From the NCBI RefSeq assembly GCF_000315625.1, contig NW_005434672.1, positions 240,006-304,005 on the forward strand: a stretch of 64,000 bases of DNA, in the 5' to 3' direction. Under the pieces are notes generated by a model. The model was not told the origin of the DNA. It ran no database searches and worked only from the letters and a program-made list of their open reading frames with translations. Origin of the DNA: Guillardia theta CCMP2712 (lineage: Eukaryota; Protista; Cryptophyta). The translations under genes and the position numbers were made by a program. The first letter of the stretch is position 1. Each line of letters opens with the position of its first letter. Positions 11,951 to 23,139 of this stretch are shown here, in pieces.

Positions 11951-13221
11951 CGAGACTGCAATGTGTTTCAAGCTTATTATTAGTTCAATTAGGCCATTAC
12001 CATCAACGCCTAGTTTGCTTCCTTGTTCTTGATACGTGCCAACAGTGGTGATGGCTGATTTTGAGCAATGGCATAGAAAACCACACCGTTGATCCATATA
12101 TCTATGATGCTTGACGTATTTTAATTCATTGAACATTAGTACTTCACCTTGCGCTGAAGGTTTACCTTGTCTACTTGGGACTACCTCGGAAAAGTTAATT
12201 TCTGTGTCACATGGCCAAAAAGTCGGAGAGACGCATCTTTGTGCGTTTTCGATCATCGGATGACTCCACGTGGCCCTAAGGGAGATCTCCGGCGCCCCTG
12301 CGATGAACGCCAGGGACGCTTTAAACCTGTTGGTTTACACCAAAGAAATCCCTCTGCATTTGAAATTTGAGCGGACCAATTCAACTTATCTCCGGTTGAT
12401 CGAACGACTAGTTGAATGTGACCCCCTTTGTAGTCGTAGCTGTGGACGCTGAAGGCCTCAGTTATGTTAAGTGAGCTCAGTTCTCAAAGCCGTAGGCTCC
12501 TCAGCCTGCTTTTCTAAGGGTACCACCCTCGTTTTCCCATAGGAACTCACCTCGCCCCTGTTGCACCTAGCGCGTGATAAAAGATGCACCCCTTGTGGCA
12601 GTTTTAGCACCCCTACCCTCTTTATCCATGACCCCTCATTCAACATACCCCTAGTTTCACCTTCACACATCTGAGAACAGTACCCCCCCTTTCAGTATTG
12701 GCGAGGCAATGAGGGCTGACGAGGCATGGAATATCTTCTCCTCGCATCTACACCTGCAAGAGGAAACCCACTACCCCTGGTTTCGACATGTACCAGGAGG
12801 GGTGGCTAGATTTAACCCTGCAGATTTCAGCATGTACCCTCACCCCCTGTCCTCCCTGCTCCCGGAAGGGACCAAAATGATCAGGGGAGCTCAACTTGGC
12901 TCGCTTCACTTTCACCCTCTTGTCCCGCTTTTCTTCACCTCCCGTTGCTCCGCCGCCACTGAAATCCCCTGACATGCTTCCTTGTGTACCTTCACCCATG
13001 GTCTCCTCCACTTTCAGCTCAGTCTCCATGCATCCGTCCACTTTGTTTATTTCTGTCCTTGCTTTTTCCTCCTTGATTCATTAGTTGAAAACTTGTCTCT
13101 TGTAACCACAATTGTTCATTAGCCCGGCTATTGCACACACAAAAGAAAGTGATCTATCACAAAGATCTGTGTCCAAACGAATCATCGCTTACTCCTCTTT
13201 TCAGAACCATCTTGTACAAGT

Positions 13222-13660
13222 ATGCCCACCACTACTACTGTTCGCGTCCATCCCCGAAGAAAGCGCTTCCAGCCCTCCCTCCCTGGCGATAAAGGTACTC
13301 GCGGCGTCAGCCTCGCCTACTCCACCCTGGAGAGCTTGTTCCACCTCCCCCAGGCTCGGGCGGCCTCGTCGCTGGTAAGCCAGGAGGAGGAGGAGGAGGG
13401 AGAGGGAGGAGGAGGGAGGTATGACGAGGGATGTTTTGCAGGGGATCTCGCTGACGGCGTTCAAGAGCGCATGCCGGCGGCTGGGGGTAGCGCGCTGGCC
13501 GTACGAGCGAGCAGAAACTCGTTGTGAGCGAGTGGATGAAAAATCGCAAGACATGGAACAGGCGGAGGAGGGCATTGGAGAGGACCATGCGGTAGGAGGG
13601 CTGGATCCGGCATGGATCGGATGGTTCGTGTCGGCGAGCGAGGATGCAGAGCTTTGGTGA
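13222..13660 (+). CDS. RWP-RK transcription factor, family A copy 5 (exons 13222-13374, 13442-13660)
   Basis: Two ORF-track fragments join in frame after removing a 67-nt GT-AG intron. Confidence 0.9.
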
Positions 13661-14142
13661 GGAGATTGACGAAAATTGGAAGATAGAGAGGGAGATATTT
13701 CAGACTCAAGTTAAGGATGTATCGGTATCGTGCATCATGGAAGATATTCATCCGTCTGTGTCAGCAGTTTCCTTTGGCTCATTTCAAGATGCTGACATGT
13801 ATGTTGTATTAGTAATTCATTTGATAACCTGGAAAAGATAAATTTAAATGCCTGTCGCTAATCTGCTTGCTACGTTGCATAATCCCTTTGATAGAACCCA
13901 AGTCAAGTACAGCACTGTCAAGGTTGGGAGAGCTGATGCTTGCACTGCCGATTGAATCTGTCTGAATCACCAATCAATCATCACGGTCATAAACATGTGC
14001 TGAGGGCCGAGCTCTGATGCATGCATCTTCCTGCTCCAAAGTTGCTGCATCAAGGCACGACTGACTTCCACTGCTTTTGCCAAGAAATCATTGTGTCTTG
14101 ACTCCGATTCCAATCTGGGCAAGAAAAATACAAAGTAAAGAA

Positions 14143-17100
14143 TCATGTCAATGCTTGAATGATGTTTCCAGCCTTGTCTTTGATCCCAACCATCTTCGGC
14201 ATAAACATCACTGCACAGCTTGTGCCATCGATTTTCATACCACACAATATTCATCGAAGTCAATCTTGCCGTCTCCTGACGTGTCATACTGCACAAGCAC
14301 CTGTCATGAATCCATCGCTCGAAATAGCCTGAGGCATTATAAACCTCCAATGTATCATTGCCATCTAACTGAAAAACCCTTCTATGCATCATTTCTCTAC
14401 ATCATGACTTACAATCTTGAGCACAGCTTTCAGCTGAGCGTCAGTGATGTAAACTCCTTGCTGCAACGTCGTCAGCCTTTCTTTCCTCCCCTGCTGCCCT
14501 CAACATCACCAGGCGATATGCGGTCTTGAGCTCCTGAGGCCAAAGTGAGACCAAGAATACACCAGGGCCTCACATGCCCATGCAACGCCGAGGAGGATCA
14601 GGATGGAACGGGGAGAGAATGTTGGCAGCGATCAACAAAGGAAGCAGCTTACCCCGAGCTCTATGAAACCTGACCCGTCTGTGTCGATCGCCTTGAAGAC
14701 TCGTCCTACCACACGCACTTCAACTCCCTCCTCCTACCTCCATCCGCCCTCACGAGCTTCAGCAATGATGTCAAAAAGGTCTCCCGACTCCTGACCTAAG
14801 CAGGGTACTAAGATTGGCTTTGAGTTCAGGCAACACTCCTGACCTCCCTCAACAGGATGCATCTCCTTCTCCCGCACCTGCCAGCCCCCCATCAGCTCCC
14901 TCCCTCCTCCCCGCCTGCTGCTTCTGCCTCAATCTGCGGCTTCTCCTGCTCGTCGCCCTGCACCCATCATGTCACAAGCCCGCGAGCTGCACGCGACAAG
15001 CAGAGCATCGAGCAACGCCAAGACAGCAAGCAAGCCCCCGCAAGCTGCCCCGAGCATCACCTTGGATCTGTCCACGATGTGCTCCTGGTTGGGCACCCCT
15101 GCAAGTAAACGTCACCTCCTCCTCCTACAAGGCTTCGCCGGCGCCTCTCAACCGTCTTCAGGAGTGAAGTCATAGTCGTCCAGGCCTCGGATCGCCCCTG
15201 AGCTCCTCGTTACCCTCCAGGCCCTCTCCTCCTCCCCACCTCGTCCCCCACATCCCAGCACCCGAGTCTCACATTGCCCGACGTACTCCACCAGGTTGTA
15301 GTCCGGGTTGCACACGTAGTCATACGCCACGTAGCAGTACCCGCCGTCCGCCCACGTGCTGCCACCAAGCCGTCAGCTCGCTCCCCGCTCAGCCTCAGCG
15401 TCTCCTTGCCTGCCCCAGCTGTTCCTCACGATGAAGCACTGGTCGGGGTCGGAGTAGCTGCCACCCCATCACGTTCGCCCCCTCCTCCCACGAGGCGGCG
15501 CCTCTTCTACCCGACTAGCAGCAGCGCATGCGTGCCGTGCTCGGAGGCCTCCGGGTCGCTGCTGTCGGGCTTGGGAACGTACCCGCTGTTGGCAGCGGCA
15601 CCTTCAGTAAGGGCGAGCAGTGACGAGGGGAGACAACTTCTTCGCCGGCTTCAAGAAGCTCTCGGTCAACCGCAGCCCAAACACTATCGGAAAACCGTCC
15701 GACAAGCAAGTCTGCATACGCCCATGAGACCCTCCATCCCCCTCTCCCAGCCTTATGTCCATGCCCGACCCTCTTCCTCCTCTTATTCCTTCTGTCTCCT
15801 CCTGTCCCCCTCCCATTGGCTTGCCTTCATGGTCTGAAGGTCGAGCGGCACTTTCATGGCATCGCGGATCTTGTACCTCAGCGCCTGCCAGCAGCAGCTC
15901 AGTATCCTCTGCTCAAGCGACAGACGCGAGCAGTAAAGCCAGCACCTCCTCGAAGCAGTGATCATGCGGCTTGTGGTTCACCTTCCCTCATCAAAGTCCC
16001 AGTTCTTCTCAAGGCACGCTCCCTTGCTCTGCCGTCACGCCTGTCATCCCTCCTCTCTCTTTCTCCTCTCGCGTCGCATGCTTGCCTGCAGCGCCTTGAT
16101 CGCACCGTCGACCTGCCCATCATCGCCGTCACTTCTCTCGCCTCCCTCCGCCGCCACATGCCGTCATGCCGCCGTCCTCCAGCGGCAGGTGCTCCTCGTT
16201 GAACACTGAAAGTCACGTCACGCGCCGACGAGACGAGGCAAGCGAGATGCGCACTGGCTGCATCCGCGAGACGTCCAACGTAATAGATGAAAAGCCTAGG
16301 AAAGCGCGTCATGCCCTCCTCGCTCCTCCTCGTAGCCTTGCTCCTCATCCCCCTCCCGCCCCCCCACCTCTTGTTTCTGCTTTTCTCGCTCTCCGTCTTG
16401 CTCGCTCCTCCCTCGCACGACTATTGTGCGTTCTCTTCTACCTCTCCATACTACCTTCTCTCCTTTCTCAACGCCCTTGAAAGGCTCACGCCCTTACCTT
16501 GAGATGTCTCCTACCGTGTCCCCAGTCTTTTCTGCTTGTCGCTTGCACAGATACTCGTACGCTCCGGCCACGGCGTTGGCGCAGCAGCTGCGAGGGATCA
16601 GCACAGGCCATGAAGCAAGCAGGTCCCTCACGAGTTGGTCACTCCCTGATACTCCACGTCCGTCATCCATCTCCCTGCCATGAGCCTCCGCTTAGAGGCG
16701 TGAAGCATGCTCGAGCAGCACGAGCAGTCCTACGAAGATCCATCCGGTCCGGAATGTCGTGCCTGGGCTTGTACTCCTCGACAGGACGAGCAGACCCGAG
16801 CTTGATTCTCCTGCTAGGAGCAGCAGGCTTCTTGGGAGGGATCTGAGGATGCGGTCAGGGCATCATGCTGGAAGGGACTGATCTAAAGAGCATCATCATC
16901 GTCATCATCATCATCATCATCATCATCATCTCCATCATCGTCATCGTCATCATCATCTCCATCATCATCATCATCATCTCCATCATCATCATCATCTCTA
17001 TCGTCATCTACATCTCCATCTCCATCATCATCTCCATCATCATCTCCATCAACTTCATCATCATCTCCATCGTCATCATCTCTATCGTCATCATCTCCAT

Positions 17101-17200
17101 CATCATTTCTATCATCATCATCTCTCACCCTCAGGCCTCTGTTAGCGACGGCCTTGCCGTCGACTAGGATGTAGTGTCGAGATCCCTGTGAAGACGCCAT
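14143..17200 (-). CDS. Papain-family (C1A) cysteine peptidase with C-terminal EF-hand pair, copy 2
   Basis: Same catalytic and EF-hand motifs as copy 1; starts MASSQGSRHYILVDGKAVANRGLR and ends NIIQALT*. Confidence 0.88.
16890..17122. repeat. (ATC)n-type microsatellite in the first intron of protease copy 2
   Basis: Directly visible; about half the length of the copy-1 equivalent. Confidence 0.9.
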
Positions 17201-17482
17201 GCTAGCCTTGTTCACTAGTTAGCAGGTGGGGGAGGAGGCTTCCCTTCACAGTGTAGTAGGGTGAGAGGGTATGGTCGATTTCCTTTTGGTTTACTTAATA
17301 AAAACTCAAGCCTGGGGGCTATACTGCAGGGTCAGGTCTGATGATTTTGTTGGCCTGAGCAGATATCATTACTAGCTGGCGGAGTTTTTTCGGATCTTTT
17401 ACTAACTTAGCTCGATCAGTATCTCATTCTTGTATGTCCTGCACGAAGGCATGTGCGGAGAAGATCGTCAGAACCTTCTTGC

Positions 17483-18075
17483 CTTGTTTGCTACCCACAT
17501 ACGCTGTGATCTTGTTTGCTACCCACATACGCTGTGATCTTGTTTGCTACCCACATATGCTGTGATCTTGTTTGCTACCCACATATGCTGTGATCTTGTT
17601 TGCTACCCACATATGCTGTGATCTTGTTTGCTACCCACATATGCTGTGATCTTGTTTGCTACCCACATATGCTGTGATCTTGTTTGCTACCCACATATGC
17701 TGTGATCTTGTTTGCTACCCACATATGCTGTGATCTTGTTTGCTACCCACATATGCTGTGATCTTGTTTGCTACTCACATATGCTGTGATCTTGTTTGCT
17801 ACTCACATATGCTGTGATCTTGTTTGCTACCCACATATGCTGTGATCTTGTTTGCTACCCACATATGCTGTGATCTTGTTTGCTACTCACATATGCTGTG
17901 ATCTTGTTTGCTACCCACATATGCTGTGATCTTGTTTGCTACCCACATATGCTGTGATCTTGTTTGCTACCCACATATGCTGTGATCTTGTTTGCTACCC
18001 ACATATGCTGTGATCTTGTTTGCTACTCACATATGCTGTGATCTTGTTTGCTACCCACATATGCTGTGATCTTGT
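17483..18075. repeat. 28-bp minisatellite CTTGTTTGCTACCCACATATGCTGTGAT, 21 copies plus a partial
   Basis: Head-to-tail units with only two variant positions (CCC/CTC, TAT/TAC); no spacers. Confidence 0.97.
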
Positions 18076-18264
18076 ATGCTAGAAACTTGTCTTGCAGCCC
18101 TAACCTATTTCCTGCTTTGGTTGTGAAGGACTTGTCGTGCTTAATATGTGACAATACATGCTTTCTTGCTGCGTATGTGTTCTTCGTTGATCAACATTAC
18201 ATCCTCTGTAATCTGCTAACGTCTCATCGTCCTCCATACTAGCGCAGGCGAAGAGGCATCGGCC

Positions 18265-21200
18265 ATGGGGTCCAACAAAGGAGTAGAGAAAGTTGTCATC
18301 AAGGCGGCTCCCTCCCAGTAATGTTCCATGGTTGCTTCTCCTGCTCCTCACGCCACCTCTCAGAGCTCGGCAAGTCTGCGTTGGGGACGAGGTGTCTGTG
18401 CACTACGTCGGGCGCGTTCATGGCGGGCACGTCTTCGACTCGAGCAGGGCGAGGGAGAAGGAGTTCAACTTTGTGCTAGGTGCTGGAGGAGTGATCAAGG
18501 GATGGGAACGTGGACTGCCGATGATGAAAGTCGGGGAGACGGCGAGGCTCGTCATCGACCCAGAGCTGGGGTATGGCAAGAAAGGAATGCCGCCCAAGAT
18601 ACCTCCTGATGCAACCTTGGAGTTCGAGATAGAGGTGTGGCAAAGAAAGATAGATGGGAGAGAAGAGGAGGAAGGAGAAAGGAAGAGGAGGAAGGAGGAG
18701 AAGCGAGGGAGCAGGGGGGCAGCAATGCGTTTCAGATGTATGGCAGGACTTTATAACTCACTTGATTAGGTTCTGAACTCATGCAAGCCCATCGAGAAGG
18801 AAGTTGTAGAGGAGAGCGAGAGCAACGTGGTAGCAAAGGAAGAAGATTATGTCAGGATCAACCTCGTCGTGAAGGATCTAGAGGGAAACGTGCGAGACAG
18901 TTACTTCCAAGACAACACGCTGGAGCTTTACATGAAGCACCATGTTGCCAAGGTACATGCTCCTATTGACGTCTCCCTGCCCAAATTGTTGTTTGCGATG
19001 ATGAGATGTGCAGATGGAGACGAACGGGACCTGGAGGGCAGGTGCGCTGCTGAAAAAGCTCGTGGAACAGGTGCTTGCATTATGGATAACTCAAGTGTTT
19101 TACGCGCTCTACGTCAGATGGTGTTGAACGAGAAGGCTTCCTTCAAGGTGTACGAGCCGATCATGGACAAGCACGGGAACAAACCCTTCTGGGGTGATGG
19201 AGCTGTCGAGCTAGAGGTAGAGTGAGCAAGGACTGTCAGAAGCGTTGTTGCAGATGTGTCTTGCTGAAGTAAAATCTGTTGCAGATCAAACTTGCGGTGA
19301 TAGGAAGGGATGAAGATGTCAACGGAGATGGTGGAGTCGTGAAGCACAAGATGTCAGAAGGGCAGGGATATGAGAAGGGGACTGATGGTGCAAACCTGGC
19401 TTTCCACTTTCGGATCATGAACAAGCTGATCCCGGTTGGTGTCTTGTCAAGAGGGAGTCTACATGTGGCTGAGGCCGGCGGCAGGGCGGGAGGGTTAGGG
19501 AGAAAACGTCAGAAGGAGAATTGCATCAGCATCAACATGCCAACAAGAGAAACGACTGCCTGAGTTACGACAAGTGGGACCAACTGGTCATCTCCGACGA
19601 CGTAGAGCCGCGTGCTGTGTTGCTCGGCTCAAGCCTGTGCAGGGCGACATCATCGACAGCGTTCCTCCTCAAGCGCAGCGAGCTCTTGAGGATGCAGAGG
19701 CTGCCAAGAAGTCAAGGTGACACGTCTTGCTCCTGTTACTCCTCCTTCCCTATCTACTCCTGCTCCCCTCCCACTTCCCTCTTGCTTACCAGCACGCTGT
19801 GTTATCAGAGAGAACGATTCTGCAGTGTACTTCTCAACATGGGAGTCAGTAAGAAAGAAATGCCACTTTGATTGCCATCTGAGGTCTGTCGCTCAGGGAA
19901 AACCTGCCAGCATCATTGCTGGGTGAGTCTTATCATCATCGACATTGCAGCAGAGTTGAAGTTCCGCAGTTTTGGCGAGACATGCGAAGGACTTGAAGAT
20001 GCTCTGATGTCAATGAAGCAAGGAGAGCACTCGGTGTTTACTGTAAGTCGTTGTGCTGCTTTCTTCTCTCACCTTCATCTCCGCTCCTTCTACACGTCTT
20101 TCTCTCCTATCTCTCTGTTGATCGTAAACTTTGAAAGATCCGGGAGGACTACGGGTTTGCGGCCCATGACGGCCAACCTCCTTGCGAAGGACTGCCGGGG
20201 GATTGTGCTCTTATCTTTGAAATTCAGCTGGTCTCGCTTGTTCTTGCTGGACTTGCTGGCATGCTCACTCGTCGCTGTAGATCTCTATCGGGAAAGGTTT
20301 GGAGCACTGGAACTTGTCGTATGAAGAGAAGGTGAGGATCAAACGTCGATGGGAAGTGTTGGAGTTGACAGGCAGCAGCAACGAGAAGGATTGCGCAAAA
20401 GAATGAGGGGGAATGAGTTCTTCAAGCAAGAGAAGTACAGGAGGGCTCTGAAGCTCTATGACGTGAGTTGACCGCGTGTCATTGCCAACGTTCTCATCCC
20501 CTCCGATCTTTCAGCCACTGGTCAGTAAGACAGGATACTTCATGAAGATGCCGCAGGTGAGAACACGCACAGATAATCGTTTTTTGGTCTTGGTTGGCCT
20601 CGCCTCCCCTCTTTCCCCTTCCTTTCCTCTTCGTCATCCTCCCCTTCCCGCTACATCTACCTCCTCAACTACCCTGCACCTATTGCTCTAATATTCTCCT
20701 CAGCGGCCATCGCAAGCGGCGAAGGCTCAACGAGAGGCAGCTGAGATTGCTGGTGAGGTCTCAGGGGCAGTACATTGGTTGTGAACATGTCGAATAATGA
20801 TATCAGTCGGAGAATCGTATTCCTGTTGTTTTATTACAAGTGAAGTAACGCGTTTCCTTCAGGCCACAAGATTCATAACGTAGCAAATGCTGTCGCTCAT
20901 GCGCAGAATGCCCCAGATACAGAGGTTTGAACCAATACGTGCTGAATATCCTGAGAGGATGGAAGGATGGAGGGAGCAGTTGAGGAGAGAGGACAGGCAC
21001 GGTGATGATGTGAATGATGAATCATGCTGACTTTACGCCATGATAATTGAGAGGATTATGCTGTCCATCCACCTTGACGCATTGTTTCACTTTGACATGA
21101 TGGGAACGTTCTCAGGACGAGAAGGCTCTCAAGTTGGAGCTGCAGTTGCCGAGCTTGCTCAACATCGCTGCTTGCAAGTCTGTTCCTGTCCCCTCCCCCC

Positions 21201-22327
21201 TGCTCTGCTTGCTGATTTCTTCCTCTCTTGGCTGCGACATGCTGCAGGTTCAAGCTCGGAGACATGCGGGGAGTCATCGACGCCTGCGATCAGGCTCTAG
21301 ATCTCCAACCTCGTTGTGAGAAAGCTTTCTACCGGCGGGCACAGGCGCATGCAGCCAAGGCTGACTTTGACTTGGTACCTCTTCCCTGCTATCTCCTCTT
21401 CCTCTTCCTCTTCCTCTTCCTCTTCCTCTTCCTCTTCCTCCTTCTCCGCCCTCTGCTCTTCATTCATCGCGTTCCCTCTTCCTGCCCCTCTCTCAGCCTG
21501 CCAGCTCCTCGACTGCCCTGCTTTCCTCCTGTCTTTCACCTCCCCGCTACTTCTCTTGCCCTCCCCTTGCTGAGGTTCTTGCCAGGCCAGGAATGATCTT
21601 CAGCAACTCCTCCAAATCTCCCCGGACAATGCGGAGGCGAAGAGAGAGATGGCGAAACTGCAAAAGATGGAAGACGAGGTCAGGGTCATTTCTCTCAGTC
21701 TGTTTCCTCGTTCCTGTCCTCTCTCCTCCAACAGCATTTGCACCATCACCACTTTGCACCATCACCTATTCTTCCTCCTCTCTAACTCACCCACTACCTT
21801 CTCCGTTTCCTCTTTCTCTTCTCCCCCACTCGCAGCCTGAGCTTTGGGAAATCAGGCAAGAAGGAAAGCAAAGAAGGCCTTTGGGGGGATCTTCAAGAAG
21901 GGCCTGTCAGAAGAGGGGGAGGAAGAGCAGAGGAGCGAGGGAGGGGACGCGTCTTCGTCGCCAGCAGGTCTCTGCTCATTCTTGCCGTTGTTGCCTGCTG
22001 TGACGGTCAAGTTACCAGCCTCCTCCTCCAGCCAGCGAGTCCTGGAGCCGAAGATAGTGGAGCAGGTGGCAGTGAGAGTCTTCTACCCTCCCTCAACCAC
22101 TCGCAGAGAGACTTCGAGGTCGAGCCTAACCCCACAAGGGCGCAAGTCAAGAGCATCAAGAAATTTCAGATCCCTCTCCCTGACGTGGCGCCCAAGGTTC
22201 GGATCGCCGGTATGCTCTCCTCCTCCTCCTCCTCCTCCTCCTCCTCCTCCTCCTCGCGGCTGTTGACTCTGCGATGCCATGAGCAGGGATGTATGGCGGG
22301 GACGACGGCGATGATGGGGATGAATGA
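18265..22327 (+). CDS. Multi-domain FKBP-type peptidyl-prolyl isomerase with TPR repeats (FKBP62/ROF1- or FKBP52-like)
   Basis: GDEVSVHYVGR…FDSSRAR…GVIKGWERGL…LGYG…IPPDATLEFEIE; further FKBP-like exons (EGLEDALMSMKQGE); TPR exons (GNEFFKQEKYRRALKLY, ACDQALDLQPRCEKAFYRRAQAH). Start is uncertain. Confidence 0.88.
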
Positions 22328-22419
22328 GGCTCATAACATGCTGATATGAAATGACCGAGTCACAGGAGCTGCAAGTACTGCCTGACTAGTAACTTGAGTG
22401 AACTTGTTGAGTGCTGCGG

Positions 22420-22935
22420 CGGGCCCGGCTCTCTAATCATTCATAAAATATCATCATGGGTGAACTCCGATCGTCACGAGTCGCGATCCAAGTCCCCCGG
22501 CGCCGTCGCGATCTTCAACGGTTACGGTGGCGCTGCCCGACGGAGCTTGAAACCGTTGAACCCGGGGCAGGCTTACTAACTTGCCGCAAATTCAGTGAAC
22601 CGTTCGCGGACCTCACATGATTGAGCCAGGCGGCTCGGGGCCCGGGTCCGGGGGAAATCCGGCCGGGCCGGACCGGGAGGGTCACACGGCCCCCGGCGCA
22701 TTCAATGATTGGACCCGCCGTGACGGCTCGCCGGCAGCGGCCGGGCCTTCCGGATCGGAGCTTTTACTCAGTGGCGGTGCGCCCGCAGCCGGCACGGTGC
22801 CGCGGCCCGGGGCCCCGGCGGAGCGGCCCGGCCCGGCGGCCGCCGCTGGAACCGGGCCGCCCTACCGTACGGTCACAGTGAGTACGCCGGGGAACGGCTT
22901 CCGGGCTGCACGGCCCCCGCCCCGAAACTGAGTTT
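22420..22935. promoter_or_regulatory. GC-rich island upstream of the NT-C2 gene
   Basis: Composition and position before ATG 23140. Confidence 0.5.
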
Positions 22936-23139
22936 GCGTTAATCTTGAAAGTTGAGGGCTACTCAGGGGTATTCCTACCAAGGGTGGGTATGGGGGTATT
23001 AGATAGGGGAAAAGTTTGTTAAAAGGTGGGGTACAAAGAGGAAAGGAGAAGGTGGGGTTATCCGATGATTGGGGGATATCATTTGTACGGAGGGGTCCTG
23101 GTGGGGGGTGGTGAGTCCCAGGCCCGGAAAGCTGGAGGA

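Noticed and set aside
6440-13660. Diversity-generating retroelement or transposon as the source of the variable linkers
   Set aside because: No reverse transcriptase, transposase, template repeat, adenine-specific variation or TSDs in the window; the copies retain their intron.
11562-13660. Family A copies 4 and 5 as frameshifted pseudogenes
   Set aside because: The apparent frameshifts fall inside the conserved GT-AG intron; splicing restores the frame.
13967-14529. 141-aa and 150-aa ORFs at the end of protease copy 2
   Set aside because: Alternate-frame or antisense overlaps of the protease's final exons and introns.
17483-18075. CRISPR array (28-bp repeat)
   Set aside because: Units are contiguous with no unique spacers, there are no cas genes, and the context is eukaryotic.
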